NCBI GenBank assembly: GCA_051418015.1
Contig: JBPRGF010000029.1
Coordinates: 32,001-96,000 of the forward strand
Direction: 5' to 3'
Length of the DNA: 64,000 bases
Origin: Candidatus Nitrospinota bacterium M3_3B_026
GTDB taxonomy: Bacteria > Nitrospinota_A > UBA7883 > JBPRGF01
This document shows, in pieces, positions 17,822 through 28,400 of the stretch. Numbering within the stretch: the stretch's first letter is position 1; every line of letters begins with the position of its first letter. The notes below the pieces were generated by a model. It ran no database searches and had not been told where the DNA came from. It saw nothing but the letters and a program-made list of their open reading frames with translations. The position numbers and the translations under genes are program-made.

Positions 17822-18790
17822 TCAATAGAGCCAGCAGGCGACCCTTGTCCCGCCGTCGACGGTCTTGAGTTCCGGCGTCTTCTCCCTGCATATCTCCATC
17901 ACCTTCGGGCAGCGCGGATGGAAAGCGCAGCCGGGCGGCTTGTGGAGCGGGTCCGGGACGGCGCCGGGTATCTCCTTCAGCCTTCCTTTTTCGTTGAACC
18001 CGTGGCGGACGGGCAGGGACTCGATGAGCCCCTGTGTGTAAGGGTGCGCCGGGGCGGCGAAGAGCCTTTTAACTTCCGCCTCCTCGGCGACGGTCCCGGC
18101 GTACATCACCACCACGTCCTGGCAGGTCTCGGCCACCACCCCGAGGTTGTGTGTGATTAGGATGATGGAGGCGTTGTACTGCTGTTTCATTTCCAGCATC
18201 AGGTCGAGTATCTGTTGCTGGATGGTGACGTCGAGGGCGGTGGTCGGCTCGTCGGCTATCAAAAGCTCCGGGCCGCAGGCCAGGGCCATGGCGATCATGG
18301 CGCGCTGGCGCATCCCGCCGGAGAGTTGGTGCGGATACTCGGCCGCCCGCTGCTCCGGCGCGGGGATGCCGACCTTTTTCAGAAGCTCCGCCGCCTGAAC
18401 CCGGGCCTCCCGGCGGGATATGCCGCGGTGGACACGCAAAGGCTCCGACACCTGGTCGCCGATGGTGAAGACAGGGTTCAGCGCGGACATCGGCTCCTGG
18501 AAGATCATGGCGATCCTGTTTCCGCGGATGCGGCGCAGGCGCTCCTCCGGCAGCGTCAAAAGGTCTTTCCCGCCGAAGAGAACGCGCCCCCCGGCGATCC
18601 TCCCCGGCGGCTGTATCAGGCGCAGGATGGAGAGGGCGGAGATCGTCTTGCCGCAGCCGGACTCCCCAACGATTCCCAGCGTCTTCCCCGCCCGCGCCTC
18701 GTAGGACACCCCGTCCACCGCGCGGGACACGCCCGCCGGCGTGTCGAAGAAGACCTGAAGGTTTTCAACCTTTATAAGCGGCTCGGACAT
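17822..18790 (-). CDS. Oligopeptide/dipeptide ABC transporter ATP-binding subunit (OppD/DppD-like)
   Basis: 'GESGCGKT', '[12 protein letters not shown]', 'ADEPTTALD', 'HPYTQGL…GCAFHPRC'. Confidence 0.93.
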   Translation of the reverse strand: MSEPLIKVENLQVFFDTPAGVSRAVDGVSYEARAGKTLGIVGESGCGKTISALSILRLIQPPGRIAGGRVLFGGKDLLTLPEERLRRIRGNRIAMIFQEPMSALNPVFTIGDQVSEPLRVHRGISRREARVQAAELLKKVGIPAPEQRAAEYPHQLSGGMRQRAMIAMALACGPELLIADEPTTALDVTIQQQILDLMLEMKQQYNASIILITHNLGVVAETCQDVVVMYAGTVAEEAEVKRLFAAPAHPYTQGLIESLPVRHGFNEKGRLKEIPGAVPDPLHKPPGCAFHPRCPKVMEICREKTPELKTVDGGTRVACWLY

Positions 18791-18826
18791 GATGGGGATT
18801 CTACGGAACCGTCCTTTCCGCCCCGC

Positions 18827-19528
18827 TCAAGAGCCTCCCTTTCCCCGGATGGCGGCGATCGCCCCGGCGTAGTCGTCGCTTTTGAAGATGGCGGACCCGG
18901 CCACGAGGACATTCACGCCCGCGGAGCGGACACTGGCGGCGTTTTCCGGCTTGATCCCGCCGTCCATCTCTATGTCAACGTCCAGCCCGGCCTTCTCGAT
19001 CATGCTTTTCAGCCGCCCGGCCTTGGGAAGCGACGAGGGGATAAAAGTCTGGCCGCCGAAACCGGGGTTCACGGACATCAGCAGGACCATGTCCACGTCC
19101 TGCAGGATGTCCTCCAGCAGGCCGAGCGGCGAGGAGGGGTTCAGCGACACCCCGGCCTTTTTGCCCGTCTCCTTTATCTGATACACCACTCTATGCAGGT
19201 GCGGGCAGGCCTCGGCGTGGACGGTTATGATGTCCGCCCCGGCATGGGCGAAGTCGCCTATGTAGCGCTCCGGCTTCTCGATCATCAGGTGAACGTCGAG
19301 CGGCAGGGTTGTCATCGGGCGCAGGCTCTCCACCACGGGCGGGCCTATGGTTATGTTCGGGACGAAATGCCCGTCCATGACGTCGACGTGGAGCCAGTCC
19401 GCCCCCGCCTCCTCGACGGCCCGCGCCTCCTCGGCCAGCCGCCCGAAATCGGCGGAGAGGATCGACGGGGCGACTATTATCTTCCGCTCGCTCACTCCTG
19501 CCTTTTCTCCTGGATTTTCCCGCGCCAT
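18827..19528 (-). CDS. rpe: Ribulose-phosphate 3-epimerase
   Basis: 'APSILSADF', '[14 protein letters not shown]', '[10 protein letters not shown]', 'DGGI'. The start may be GTG 19495. Confidence 0.96.
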   Translation of the reverse strand: MARENPGEKAGVSERKIIVAPSILSADFGRLAEEARAVEEAGADWLHVDVMDGHFVPNITIGPPVVESLRPMTTLPLDVHLMIEKPERYIGDFAHAGADIITVHAEACPHLHRVVYQIKETGKKAGVSLNPSSPLGLLEDILQDVDMVLLMSVNPGFGGQTFIPSSLPKAGRLKSMIEKAGLDVDIEMDGGIKPENAASVRSAGVNVLVAGSAIFKSDDYAGAIAAIRGKGGS

Positions 19529-19567
19529 GAGAGTTTACATCATTCGCGCCGACACGGCGAGGGCGGC

Positions 19568-20809
19568 TTAAAAATCCCGAACCGAGCGCCACAGCCAGGT
19601 GAGCATCTCCAGCGCCGTCCTCTCCTGGTTTCTCGTCCGCTCGTCGCCGAGCCGAAGCTTTCTGACCTCGGTCCTGCCTTTAAAACACATGCCGATGTAG
19701 ACGAGGCCGACCGGTTTTTCCCTCGTGCCTCCCGTGGGGCCGGCGACGCCGGTGGCGGACAGGCCGATGTAGGCGCCGGACGTTTTCGCTATCCCCTCGG
19801 CCATCCGGCGGGCGGTCTCGGCGGAGACGGCGCCGTGTTTTTCAATGACCTGCCGCCGAACGCCGAGACGTTTTATCTTCGACTCGTTGGTGTAGGTGAC
19901 CGCTCCTTCCAGAAAATAGCGCGATGAGCCGGGGAGGCGGGTTATCATGCTCGCGAAAAGCCCACCCGTGCAGCTTTCCGCGCACGCGAGGGTGAGCCTC
20001 TTTCTGGCGAGGATTCCGCCGACCACCCCCTCCAGCGTGTCGGCGTCCCTGCCGTAGCAGAAAGGCGCCACCGTCTTCAAAAGCCGCGCCTCGGCCCGCC
20101 GAAGCGCCGCCTGGGCCGCCCTCCGCGTCTCTCCCCGGACAGTCAGGCGCAGGTCGACCATCCCCATGCGCGGCAGGTAGGCAAGCTCCACGCCATCGCC
20201 GGGGCCGCCTGCCTTCTCGATCATCTCGTACAGGTCGGACTCGCCGATCCCGGCTGTCCGCAATATTCTCCTCGCCACGGCTGGCGCCTTGAATTTTTTA
20301 CGTACGCGGGGCAACACCTCCTTTTCCACCAGGTTTTTCATCTCGTAAGGAACCCCAGGCAGAGCGAAAAGCATCCGGCCGCCCGACTCGAAATATATCA
20401 GCGGCGCCGTCCCCCACCTGTTCGGGACGGCCACGGCGCTCTCGGGAACGTCGGCCTGGCCCTCGTTGACGGGGGGCATGGGTTTTTTGAGCTTGGCGGA
20501 AAAATAACGCCTCACGGCCCGCAGAACCTTTTCGTCCCTCACGAGCCTCGTGTTGAACGCTTTCAGCAGGGCCGGCTTGGTCACGTCGTCGTGGGTGGGG
20601 CCGAGACCGCCGGTCACGAAAACAAGGCCGTATTTTTTAAACGCGGCGCGTATCTCCCTGGCAAGCTCCCCGGCGTCGTCGCGCAGCGTCAGGACACGCT
20701 CCGGCGACAGACCGTAAGGGTCCAGCCTCGCAGCCAGCCACGCCGCGTTGGTGTTCACCGTGTGGCCCGAGACCACCTCGTCACCGACGGTTATGATCAC
20801 GGTTTTCAT
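19568..20809 (-). CDS. cinA: Competence/damage-inducible protein CinA (MoCF domain + PncC NMN deamidase)
   Basis: 'GDEVVSGHTVNTNA', 'TGGLGPTHDD', 'AESCTGG', 'TGVAGPTGG…KPVGLVY'. Confidence 0.93.
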   Translation of the reverse strand: MKTVIITVGDEVVSGHTVNTNAAWLAARLDPYGLSPERVLTLRDDAGELAREIRAAFKKYGLVFVTGGLGPTHDDVTKPALLKAFNTRLVRDEKVLRAVRRYFSAKLKKPMPPVNEGQADVPESAVAVPNRWGTAPLIYFESGGRMLFALPGVPYEMKNLVEKEVLPRVRKKFKAPAVARRILRTAGIGESDLYEMIEKAGGPGDGVELAYLPRMGMVDLRLTVRGETRRAAQAALRRAEARLLKTVAPFCYGRDADTLEGVVGGILARKRLTLACAESCTGGLFASMITRLPGSSRYFLEGAVTYTNESKIKRLGVRRQVIEKHGAVSAETARRMAEGIAKTSGAYIGLSATGVAGPTGGTREKPVGLVYIGMCFKGRTEVRKLRLGDERTRNQERTALEMLTWLWRSVRDF

Positions 20810-20813
20810 GGTT

Positions 20814-21125
20814 TCACGTGAACGGCAACGGCATAATCTGAAAAGCCTCCTCGGGGCTCAATGGCTCGCCGGTCTCTATGCGGACGGAGCCGTAGCCTGC
20901 CTCCCGGGCTGCTGTCATGAGCGCCTCCCTCTCCTCGTCGCCGACGGCGGAGGAGTCCCCGGCGAGGTGTATCATCGCCCTGGCCTGCGGCTCCCGGGCG
21001 GCCAGCGGCTCGAGATCGAAAACATCCCGCCAGGGTCTGCCGCGGGTGTCTATCCTCCCGCGGGACGACGACCACGCCTCGGCCGCGCCGTCGGCGAGAT
21101 GGACCAGGACGTATAGAAGCTCCAT
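20814..21125 (-). CDS. Hypothetical protein (MELLYVLVHLADG…)
   Basis: Host-like codon usage from ATG 21125; directly upstream of cinA on the same strand. Confidence 0.5.
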   Translation of the reverse strand: MELLYVLVHLADGAAEAWSSSRGRIDTRGRPWRDVFDLEPLAAREPQARAMIHLAGDSSAVGDEEREALMTAAREAGYGSVRIETGEPLSPEEAFQIMPLPFT

Positions 21126-21205
21126 ACAGGGACTGATTGTACCCAACGGGGCGGGGTTGATGTTATAGTAAAATCGTCGCGCGGGTTTAACATTCATGGA
21201 AATCG

Positions 21206-21601
21206 ATGAGCATACCCAGACCGTCCGAGGCCGTCGAAAAGCTCGAAAAGATGCTTGGCTCCCCGGCGGGGTCCGGCGGAGAAGACAAAGAGAAGGCGCT
21301 CGATGAGCTTGTCGACCTCCTGGAAAAGGACACCGGGATATCCCGGATAATGAAGGACAACGAGGCCGGCGTGGACGCCCTGAAAGAGATATTCCATACG
21401 CTGGAGACAAACGGCGCCGGGGTCTGGGTCGGTGGGCGGTACGTTCCCGCCGCCTCCCTTTTCACGCCGGAGGTGTTGAGCTATTTTGTCACTGTCCGAG
21501 AACGGGACGAGCTCAACAGCCTGGCCATAAACCAGGTCCTGGGATACTTCGACGGCCTTACCGCCCGCCTCGTCCCGCCGGGCGAGCTTCTGGGACGCTG
21601 A
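21206..21601 (+). CDS. Hypothetical protein
   Basis: Host-like codon usage; precedes cdd. Confidence 0.6.
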   Translation: MSIPRPSEAVEKLEKMLGSPAGSGGEDKEKALDELVDLLEKDTGISRIMKDNEAGVDALKEIFHTLETNGAGVWVGGRYVPAASLFTPEVLSYFVTVRERDELNSLAINQVLGYFDGLTARLVPPGELLGR

Positions 21602-21656
21602 ATCTTTTCAACATCAACAAAAAATCCGTTCGCGGCGCGGCGCGGCGCGGGGGAAG

Positions 21657-22094
21657 GTGAAAGCTGAACACATGACCGGCGAGCGCGAAGAGGAGCTTGA
21701 GATACCGGACGAGGACCTTGTGGACCTTGCCCGGGAGGCTATGGAGAGCGCCTACGCGCCCTATTCGAAATTCATGGTCGGCGCGGCGGCGGTGGCGGAC
21801 ACGGGGCGGATCTTCACCGGCGTGAACGTGGAAAACGCCTCCTACGGCCTAACCGTCTGCGCCGAGCGGGTGGCGGTCCTCAAGGCCGTCTCGGAGGGCG
21901 AGAGGCGGATAGTCAAGGTCGCGGTGGTCTCCTCCTCGGGCGAGATCACCTACCCCTGCGGCGCCTGCCGCCAGACCCTGCGCGAGTTTTCCAGGGACAC
22001 GGTGATCGTCCTGGCGGACGCCTCCGGGAACGTGGAGCGGCACACCCTCTCAAAACTTCTGCCCCACTCCTTCAACCGCGAGCCGCCTGGCTGA
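21657..22094 (+). CDS. cdd: Cytidine deaminase
   Basis: 'AYAPYSKFMVGAA', 'NVENASYGLTVCAERVA', 'PCGACRQ'. Confidence 0.95.
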   Translation: MKAEHMTGEREEELEIPDEDLVDLAREAMESAYAPYSKFMVGAAAVADTGRIFTGVNVENASYGLTVCAERVAVLKAVSEGERRIVKVAVVSSSGEITYPCGACRQTLREFSRDTVIVLADASGNVERHTLSKLLPHSFNREPPG

Positions 22095-22326
22095 CGGCGG
22101 ACGGATCCCCCCTCCCCACGCTGACGATTTCCATATCCACCCTCCACGCGCGCCAGCCCTTTCCACCAGAAAGCGATGATGACGCCCGGCCGAAAACCGG
22201 GAAAAAGCAAGCGACCGCGAAAATTTTCGCATGACCCGAAAAAAAAAGCTTGACTGAACGGCAATTTATGTTTAAATATTTCTGAAGAGAATATAATCAT
22301 TTCATTCTCTTTTAACTATACGAGAT

Positions 22327-22512
22327 ATGGTCAAGACCAGCGACAGCGAAAAGAAGGTTCCGGTCACGACGCATCTTTATCAGCGTCAGATAGACCAGCT
22401 CAACAAGGTGGCCAAGGATTTGCGTGTCACCAAGGCGGTTCTCTTCCGGGAGGCCATAGAGCAGCTTCTGAAACGCTATGAGGAAAAACAGCTTGATATC
22501 GGGATCAAATGA
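22327..22512 (+). CDS. Small ribbon-helix-helix DNA-binding protein
   Basis: 'VTTHLYQRQIDQLNKVAKDLRVTKAVLFREAIEQLLKRY' beta-alpha-alpha pattern; AT-rich upstream region with TTGACT-17-TAAATA. Confidence 0.75.
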   Translation: MVKTSDSEKKVPVTTHLYQRQIDQLNKVAKDLRVTKAVLFREAIEQLLKRYEEKQLDIGIK

Positions 22513-22900
22513 GACGGCGGGAGACGCTGGTTTGACCGCGATTTACAGATCGTGGCGGCTGGCGCGGGCCGCGGGCCGTGGAGGCCCTGTCCGCGCCGCG
22601 TCCGCTTTTTGTGTTGGCATCAGCTCGGATCCGGGGCCGGACCCAGACCACCACTTTACTGACCACCACCAACTTGGGCCGTCGCCTGACGGCCTCTCAA
22701 GGACCACCACTTTCTCTTCGGCCTCGTCTGAGTATTAGCCTTCCTCCCCGGGAGGCGTTGATGTGTGATCGGCCCCGGCCGGCCCGGCCGGGGCCGGTCA
22801 TCTTTCAAGGCGGTCCCGGGCCTTCGCGGTTTGTTGGTATCTTGCTGATTTTCCGCGGCTTGTTCCGTCATCCCGCCGCTTTTCAGTTCTGTTTTCGCGC

Positions 22901-22929
22901 TTGTTTTATTTTCGGGATTGTGGTATTAA
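22901..22929 (+). promoter_or_regulatory. Sigma70 promoter (extended -10) upstream of 6S RNA
   Basis: TTGTTT, 17-bp spacer ending TGG, TATTAA. Confidence 0.5.
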
Positions 22930-22977
22930 ATAATTAGAAGCAAAGGAGTTCGCTCCTGGAAGCGAAGGGGTGAGACT

Positions 22978-23163
22978 ATCTCCCCTGCCGCGTTCGTGGT
23001 GGTTGGATTTTCTTGAGCCAACACTCGAGTTCAGGGAGCTATCCAAGGCCGTTGTGAGCATGTCCGAAGCCTAAGGTTTCGGAAAGCCTGATGCGGTACG
23101 GACGGCGCCCACCTGTTTGGGAAAGGACTCAAAGAAAATGGCCCCACGGCGATGGCGGGGGAT
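22978..23163 (+). ncRNA. ssrS: 6S RNA
   Basis: About 186 nt with complementary ends (TCCCCTGCC…GGCGGGGGA), inner pairing TTTTCTTGAG/CTCAAAGAAAA, 6S-like AGGGAGC, GCATGTCC…GGAAAGCC and CCCACCTG motifs; located upstream of rny, a common 6S synteny. Confidence 0.82.
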
Positions 23164-23633
23164 TTAAGTATCCATGCGATTGTTATTGAACGGTAGAGTC
23201 TCCGAATCACATATTATGGGTTGGATCTGGTCCTTTTTGATATCTTTTCCGCGCGAGGCGGGCGAAGTTTTCGAGAAGCTCTTCGGCGGCCTCGCTTCGG
23301 CGGAGGATGAATCGGCCTTTGGTTTTGGATGGAGGAAAAGAACCGTCACGGTTCCCCGCCGCGCGGGCGGGCGCCGCGGCGTATACGGATTGCCTTGCCC
23401 GTTTCCGCCGGCATGGACGGACGCGCGGTCCGCGCTCTCCCCGGAGAGACCGGACGGCGGCGGCAGCGTTCCGCGACGTCTTTTCCGGAGAAACCCTGAT
23501 CCGCTGATCCTTTAAAAACCGGCCCGCCCACACTTTTTCGGAGCCTTCCGTCTCGGTTGTGTTTTGTAGCGGGCGCGCGGTTCGCGCGCCGCGCGTTTTC
23601 GCGAAAACCTTCTTTGAGGTTGGGAAAAGCGAG

Positions 23634-25187
23634 ATGGAAACCGCCATTATCATTCTCGGCGCCCTGGCCGCGGGGTTCGGCGCCGGATACTATTTCAAAA
23701 GGGTAACCGAGGCCGGGCGGGCGGCGGAGCTTTCCGCGGACGCCGAACGCGTCCTGGAGAGAGCCAGGCAGGAAGCCAGCACGGTCGTAAGGGAAAGCAA
23801 GCTCGAGGCCAAGGAGACCCTCCTGAAGGCCCAGGCCGACTTCGAAAAGAAGGCCCAGGAGCGCAAGAACGAGATGGAGCAGTTCGAAAAACGCCTGCTT
23901 CAGCGGGAGAAGATCCTGGACAGCAAATACGAGCAGGCCGAAAGGCGCGAGCGGGATATGGCCGCCCGGGAAAAAGACCTGGCCCAGCTCGAGGGCAGGC
24001 TCCGGGAAAAGATCGAGGAGGCCGGCGCCGCCGTCGAAAAACAGCTCGGAAAACTCCAGGAGATATCCAGGATGAGCGCCGAGGAGGCCCGGGAGGAGAT
24101 GAAGGCCGCCCTGTTCGACGACGCCAGGCTGGAGGCGGCCAACAACCTGAAAAAGATCGAGGAACGGACGAAGGAGGAGGCCTCGGAGAAGGCCGGGCAG
24201 ATCATATCCCTCGCCATCCAGCGTCTCTCCACCGACCACGTGGCGGAGAACACCGTCTCCGTGGTGGACCTCCCCTCGGACGAGATGAAGGGCAGGATCA
24301 TAGGCCGCGAAGGCCGCAACATAAGAGCCCTGGAGGTCGCCACGGGGGTGGACCTGATCATAGACGACACGCCGAACGCGGTCATCCTCTCCTGTTTCGA
24401 CCCCATAAAGCGCGAGGTGGCGCGGCTGACCCTCCAGAGGCTTATAAACGACGGGCGCATCCACCCGGGGCGCATCGAGGACACGGTGGAGAAGGTATCC
24501 AAGGAGATGAACGCCCAGTTGCGGGAGAACGGCGAGAAGGCCATCTTCGAGCTGGGGATCGACGGTATCCACCAGGAGTTGGTCAGGCTCCTGGGCAGGC
24601 TGAAGTTCCGCACCAGCTACTCCCAGAACGTCCTGCGGCACTCCATCGAGGTGGGCTACCTGGCCGGGATAATGGCCGCCGAGCTGGGGCAGAACGTCAA
24701 GCTCGCCAAAAGGGCCGGGCTGATGCACGACATCGGCAAGGCCGTGGACCAGGACACTGAGGGCACACACGTGCAGATCGGCATGGAGTTGGCCCGCCGG
24801 TACAATGAGCCGAAGGCGGTCATAAACTCCATCGCCTCCCACCACGAGGACCACCCGGCGGAGTCGGTCATAGCTGTCCTGGTGGCGGCGGCGGACGCCC
24901 TCTCGGCCTCCCGGCCGGGAGCGCGCCGGGAGATGTTGCAGAACTACATCGCCAGGATGCAGAAGCTCGAGGAGATAGGCGACTCTTTTGATGGAGTGGA
25001 GAAGACCTTCGCCATCCAGGCCGGGCGCGAGGTGCGCGTCGTGGTCAAGCCGGACGCCATCGGCGACAACGAGGCTTTTTTCCTCTCCAGGGACATCGCA
25101 AAGAAGATAGAAGAGGAGCTCGCCTATCCGGGCGAGATAAGGGTCACCGTCATCCGCGAGACGCGGATCACCAACTACGCCAAGTAA
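23634..25187 (+). CDS. rny: Ribonuclease Y
   Basis: N-terminal TM segment, coiled coil, KH '[14 protein letters not shown]', HD 'HDIGK', '[10 protein letters not shown]'. Confidence 0.96.
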   Translation: METAIIILGALAAGFGAGYYFKRVTEAGRAAELSADAERVLERARQEASTVVRESKLEAKETLLKAQADFEKKAQERKNEMEQFEKRLLQREKILDSKYEQAERRERDMAAREKDLAQLEGRLREKIEEAGAAVEKQLGKLQEISRMSAEEAREEMKAALFDDARLEAANNLKKIEERTKEEASEKAGQIISLAIQRLSTDHVAENTVSVVDLPSDEMKGRIIGREGRNIRALEVATGVDLIIDDTPNAVILSCFDPIKREVARLTLQRLINDGRIHPGRIEDTVEKVSKEMNAQLRENGEKAIFELGIDGIHQELVRLLGRLKFRTSYSQNVLRHSIEVGYLAGIMAAELGQNVKLAKRAGLMHDIGKAVDQDTEGTHVQIGMELARRYNEPKAVINSIASHHEDHPAESVIAVLVAAADALSASRPGARREMLQNYIARMQKLEEIGDSFDGVEKTFAIQAGREVRVVVKPDAIGDNEAFFLSRDIAKKIEEELAYPGEIRVTVIRETRITNYAK

Positions 25188-25190
25188 CCC

Positions 25191-25973
25191 ATGAGAATCC
25201 TCGTCGTGGGAGATGTCTTCGGCAAGGTGGGAAGACGCGTCCTGAAATCGGCCCTGAACAACGTGATCTCCATGACCAGGGCGGACATCGTGATCGCCAA
25301 CGGGGAGAACCTGGCGGGCGGGTTCGGCTTCACCCGGGCGCTGCTGGACGAGGTCTTCGGCCTGGGGGTGGACGTCATCACCACCGGCAACCACGTCTGG
25401 GACAAAAAGGAGGCGCTCTCGCTTGTGGAGACGGAGCCGCGCCTTCTGCGCCCGGCCAACTATCCCGACACCGCGCCGGGCAGGGGCGCGGGGGTCTACG
25501 AGACGTCCGCCGGGGCGAAGATCGGCGTGGTGAACCTGATGGGGCGCGTCTTCATGGACGCCGTGGACTGCCCCTTCCAGCGCGCCGAGCGGGAGCTTGA
25601 GAAGATCAAGGACAAGACGAAGGTCATCCTGGTGGACATGCACGCCGAGGCCACCAGCGAAAAGGAGGCGATGGGCTACTTCCTCGACGGCCGCGTCTCG
25701 GCGGTCGTGGGATCGCACACCCACGTGCAGACCGCCGACGAGAAAATCCTGCCCCGGAACACGGCCTACATAACCGACGCCGGGATGACGGGGCCGTCGC
25801 ATTCCATCATCGGCGTGCGGGTGGACATCATCCTCAAAAGATTCACCCAGAAACTGCCGGAGAGGTTCGACGAGGCCCTCGGCCCGGGCCAGTTCAACGC
25901 CGTCCTGGTGGAGGCCGACGACGACACCGGCTTCGCGAAATCGATAAAAAGAATCCAGGCCGCCTACGATTGA
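25191..25973 (+). CDS. ymdB: YmdB/TIGR00282-family metallophosphoesterase
   Basis: 'GDVFGKVG', 'NGEN', 'TGNHVWD', 'DMHAEATSEK', 'GSHTHVQT', 'TDAGMTG'; follows rny. Confidence 0.92.
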   Translation: MRILVVGDVFGKVGRRVLKSALNNVISMTRADIVIANGENLAGGFGFTRALLDEVFGLGVDVITTGNHVWDKKEALSLVETEPRLLRPANYPDTAPGRGAGVYETSAGAKIGVVNLMGRVFMDAVDCPFQRAERELEKIKDKTKVILVDMHAEATSEKEAMGYFLDGRVSAVVGSHTHVQTADEKILPRNTAYITDAGMTGPSHSIIGVRVDIILKRFTQKLPERFDEALGPGQFNAVLVEADDDTGFAKSIKRIQAAYD

Positions 25974-26034
25974 ATCCCACGGCCACGCAATGTCATCTCC
26001 GGCGGCGGCGGATGGCTGGCCCGCTGCCGGAAAA

Positions 26035-26367
26035 TCAGTCCGGCGAAGAGGCCGATCCGGTGATCTTTTCGGAACAGGCGGAGGATAAAGCCTTCGCGGC
26101 GGCCTTTTTCAACACATCCTTCGCCTCGCCGATCTCGTTGTGCGTGATGAGGATGGCGGCGTAATCCAGCAGCTTGGCGACATCTTTGTTTTCGCCCCCG
26201 CACTCCGTTTTTTTGACTGTGACAATGGATTGCGCCCATTTTTCTCTCAACTCCATGTCGCCGAAAGCCATGGCCGTCCCTGAAACCGAGAGGGCCGACA
26301 GGGCCGCCAGGGCCATGCGGAGCCCGCCCCAGCGGCCGTACAGGCTTTTTGAGTTGCGCCGTGTCAT
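26035..26367 (-). CDS. Hypothetical exported protein
   Basis: Signal-peptide-like hydrophobic stretch ending in AMA; two Cys residues. Confidence 0.55.
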   Translation of the reverse strand: MTRRNSKSLYGRWGGLRMALAALSALSVSGTAMAFGDMELREKWAQSIVTVKKTECGGENKDVAKLLDYAAILITHNEIGEAKDVLKKAAAKALSSACSEKITGSASSPD

Positions 26368-26972
26368 GGGCCCGTTATCACCTCGAAGGGCAGGTTTTTG
26401 AGGGTTTCGAGCATTTTTGCGGCCTTTTCATAGATCCGCCGGTCCATCGTGTTGAAGGATACTTCATCGTCCTGGGAAAAAAGCGCCAGGACCCGCCCCC
26501 GGGCGTCCGTGGCGGCGCAGACTGTCCCCAGGGCCGTGATCTGCGGGGCGATGAGGCGGGCGGCGTCGGCGGCCTCCTCCCTTTCCACGACGATAACATC
26601 CATGCCGCGCCCCTCTTCCATGACGCGGCCGAGGACGGAGGCCTCCTCGACGGTCAGAAGCCCCTTCTTGCGGAGCCTGCCGATGTCCTCACCGGCCCAC
26701 TCTTCGTCCACGGCGTAAAGGTAGAGAGGGAAAAGGTCCAGTTCGTCCAGGATCCTCAGCATCGTCCCGATCATGGCGTATTCCACGCTCCGCTCGCCCG
26801 CCCCCTGCGCCTCGAAAGGCGAGACGGACGTGTCCGGTATGGAAAGATTGGTGAAATCGAACCCCAGGACGGACTCCTCGTCCTCGTAGCACAGAGCCCT
26901 CCCCTCCCGGCAGGGGACGATTCCGGCGGACCTTAGCGTCTCCAGAAAAGCTTTCTCGTCCAGGAAGTTCAT
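26364..26972 (-). CDS. Hypothetical protein
   Basis: Host-like codon usage; begins immediately downstream of tRNA-Ser. Confidence 0.6.
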   Translation of the reverse strand: MNFLDEKAFLETLRSAGIVPCREGRALCYEDEESVLGFDFTNLSIPDTSVSPFEAQGAGERSVEYAMIGTMLRILDELDLFPLYLYAVDEEWAGEDIGRLRKKGLLTVEEASVLGRVMEEGRGMDVIVVEREEAADAARLIAPQITALGTVCAATDARGRVLALFSQDDEVSFNTMDRRIYEKAAKMLETLKNLPFEVITGP

Positions 26973-26993
26973 GTTCTTTTGTCCATGCGGCAA

Positions 26994-27079
26994 TGGCGGA
27001 GGGTGCGGGATTCGAACCCGCGGAACTTTCGTTCAACGGTTTTCAAGACCGCCGCCTTAAACCGCTCGGCCAACCCTCC
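26994..27079 (-). tRNA. tRNA-Ser(TGA)
   Basis: GGAGGGTTGGCCGAGCGGTTTAAGGCGGCGGTCTTGAAAACCG…GGTTCGAATCCCGCACCCTCCGCCA; long variable arm, encoded CCA. Confidence 0.95.
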
Positions 27080-27092
27080 GTTTCTCATTCTA

Positions 27093-28313
27093 TCAGAACA
27101 GCATCCTGGCGCAGGAGAGGTAGTAGGAGCGGAGTTTTCCGCTCTGCTCGTCCTCGCCCCCCGTGAACGAAAGCCCAACCAGCGTCTTTCTGCCCGTCGG
27201 CTTTATGCTTCTGACCACGCACGGGATGGGACCGGCCCTGTCCCCCGAGGGCAGGAAAAGCTCCATGGCCAGCCGCTCCCCCTCGTGGAAGCCCCCCCAG
27301 TTCGACGCGAAAAGGCCCCCGCCCTCGCTCAGGTCCACGATGGCCCCCTCTCCCGCCCCACGCGGCGACACCAGCCTGCCCCTCAGAAAAGTGGTCACCC
27401 GCTGGCTTTTCCGCAGGTTGAAGCTCTGTATCTCCTCAGGATACTGGAGCACCCAAAGGGGGAAAGGGTGCGTGTACTGTTTAATCACCTGGGACTCGAA
27501 GCCGTATATAATCCCCTTGCTTTCAAAGCGGACCACGGCCTCGGCGTGGTGATGGACGACGAGGGGTTTGCCGCGCTCGGCGGGGATGTCCATCAGCGCG
27601 AAACGGGGGAAATGGCTGCCCCGGAGGATGGAGTTGTACCTGGCGCGGGATATCTGTATCTGGCAGCGCGCTCCCACCGCTATCTCCGGCCGGGCGGGGG
27701 GCGGCTCGGAGAAATTCATCCCCGCCCCGCGGTATTCCGTGAGCCGCTTCAAAAAACCCGCCAGCGCCTTCTCGTCGTTGTCGTCGGTTATCTCGAACCT
27801 GCCGCCGTACCTGTACCGGCCGGCCACTATGTCCCTGCTCTTGATGACGAAACCTATCGTGTCGAAGACGGACCCGTCCGGGAAGGCGCCTTTCAGGAAC
27901 AGGAAGGTCTCCAGCTGGAGCGGCTTTTCGCATATGACCTGGCATCCGTCCCTGCTTATGTCTATTATCAGGCCGTCCCAGGTGATCGACTTGTCCCCCA
28001 CGGTGCGGTACATGGTGACCGGCGCCGTCACGGGGAAACGCTCGCTCTCCCTGTAGCTTGTGTCTATGGTCTCCTCCGGCCAGGCGAGCGTCATCAGCCC
28101 TATCTCGATAAACGCGCCGAGTATCCGGGTGGTGAAGCCGTGATAGGCCCCCTCGCGGAAGAGCCTGGCGACGATCTCCGAGCGGTCGCGCGTGTTCCAG
28201 CCTCCTTCGGGGATGTCGACCAGGAGATAGGCCCCCTTTCGCCATCCCCGCACGTTCGTCCGGGCGAAGCCTTTCTCTTTTTCAAGGGATATCTCCTGGT
28301 CCGGCTGGAACAA
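27093..28313 (-). CDS. Tandem flagellar-brake (YcgR-like N-domain + PilZ) x2 c-di-GMP receptor
   Basis: Two repeats, each with RxxxR (RESER; RKSQR) and DxSxxG (DISRDG; DLSEGG). Confidence 0.85.
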   Translation of the reverse strand: MFQPDQEISLEKEKGFARTNVRGWRKGAYLLVDIPEGGWNTRDRSEIVARLFREGAYHGFTTRILGAFIEIGLMTLAWPEETIDTSYRESERFPVTAPVTMYRTVGDKSITWDGLIIDISRDGCQVICEKPLQLETFLFLKGAFPDGSVFDTIGFVIKSRDIVAGRYRYGGRFEITDDNDEKALAGFLKRLTEYRGAGMNFSEPPPARPEIAVGARCQIQISRARYNSILRGSHFPRFALMDIPAERGKPLVVHHHAEAVVRFESKGIIYGFESQVIKQYTHPFPLWVLQYPEEIQSFNLRKSQRVTTFLRGRLVSPRGAGEGAIVDLSEGGGLFASNWGGFHEGERLAMELFLPSGDRAGPIPCVVRSIKPTGRKTLVGLSFTGGEDEQSGKLRSYYLSCARMLF

Positions 28314-28400
28314 TCCTTATCCTCCTTCTTTCACGTTCTCAAGGAGACCAAGGGCCCTGGTTTATCGAAACCGGCCATGTTTCGACGCAAATGCCCGTCC

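Noticed and set aside
22646..22713. CRISPR array
   Set aside because: The repeats are only 9-12 bp with irregular spacing, and no cas genes are in the window.
23346..25802. 818-aa minus-strand ORF (and similar long ORFs at 5990-7570, 18215-19927, 26979-29480, 34501-35925, 43200-44672)
   Set aside because: Antisense shadows of well-supported genes; high GC3 suppresses stop codons on the opposite strand, and no recognisable motifs are present.
26994..27079. Selenocysteine or opal-suppressor tRNA
   Set aside because: The anticodon is TGA (reads UCA, Ser), not TCA; the acceptor stem is a normal 7 bp.
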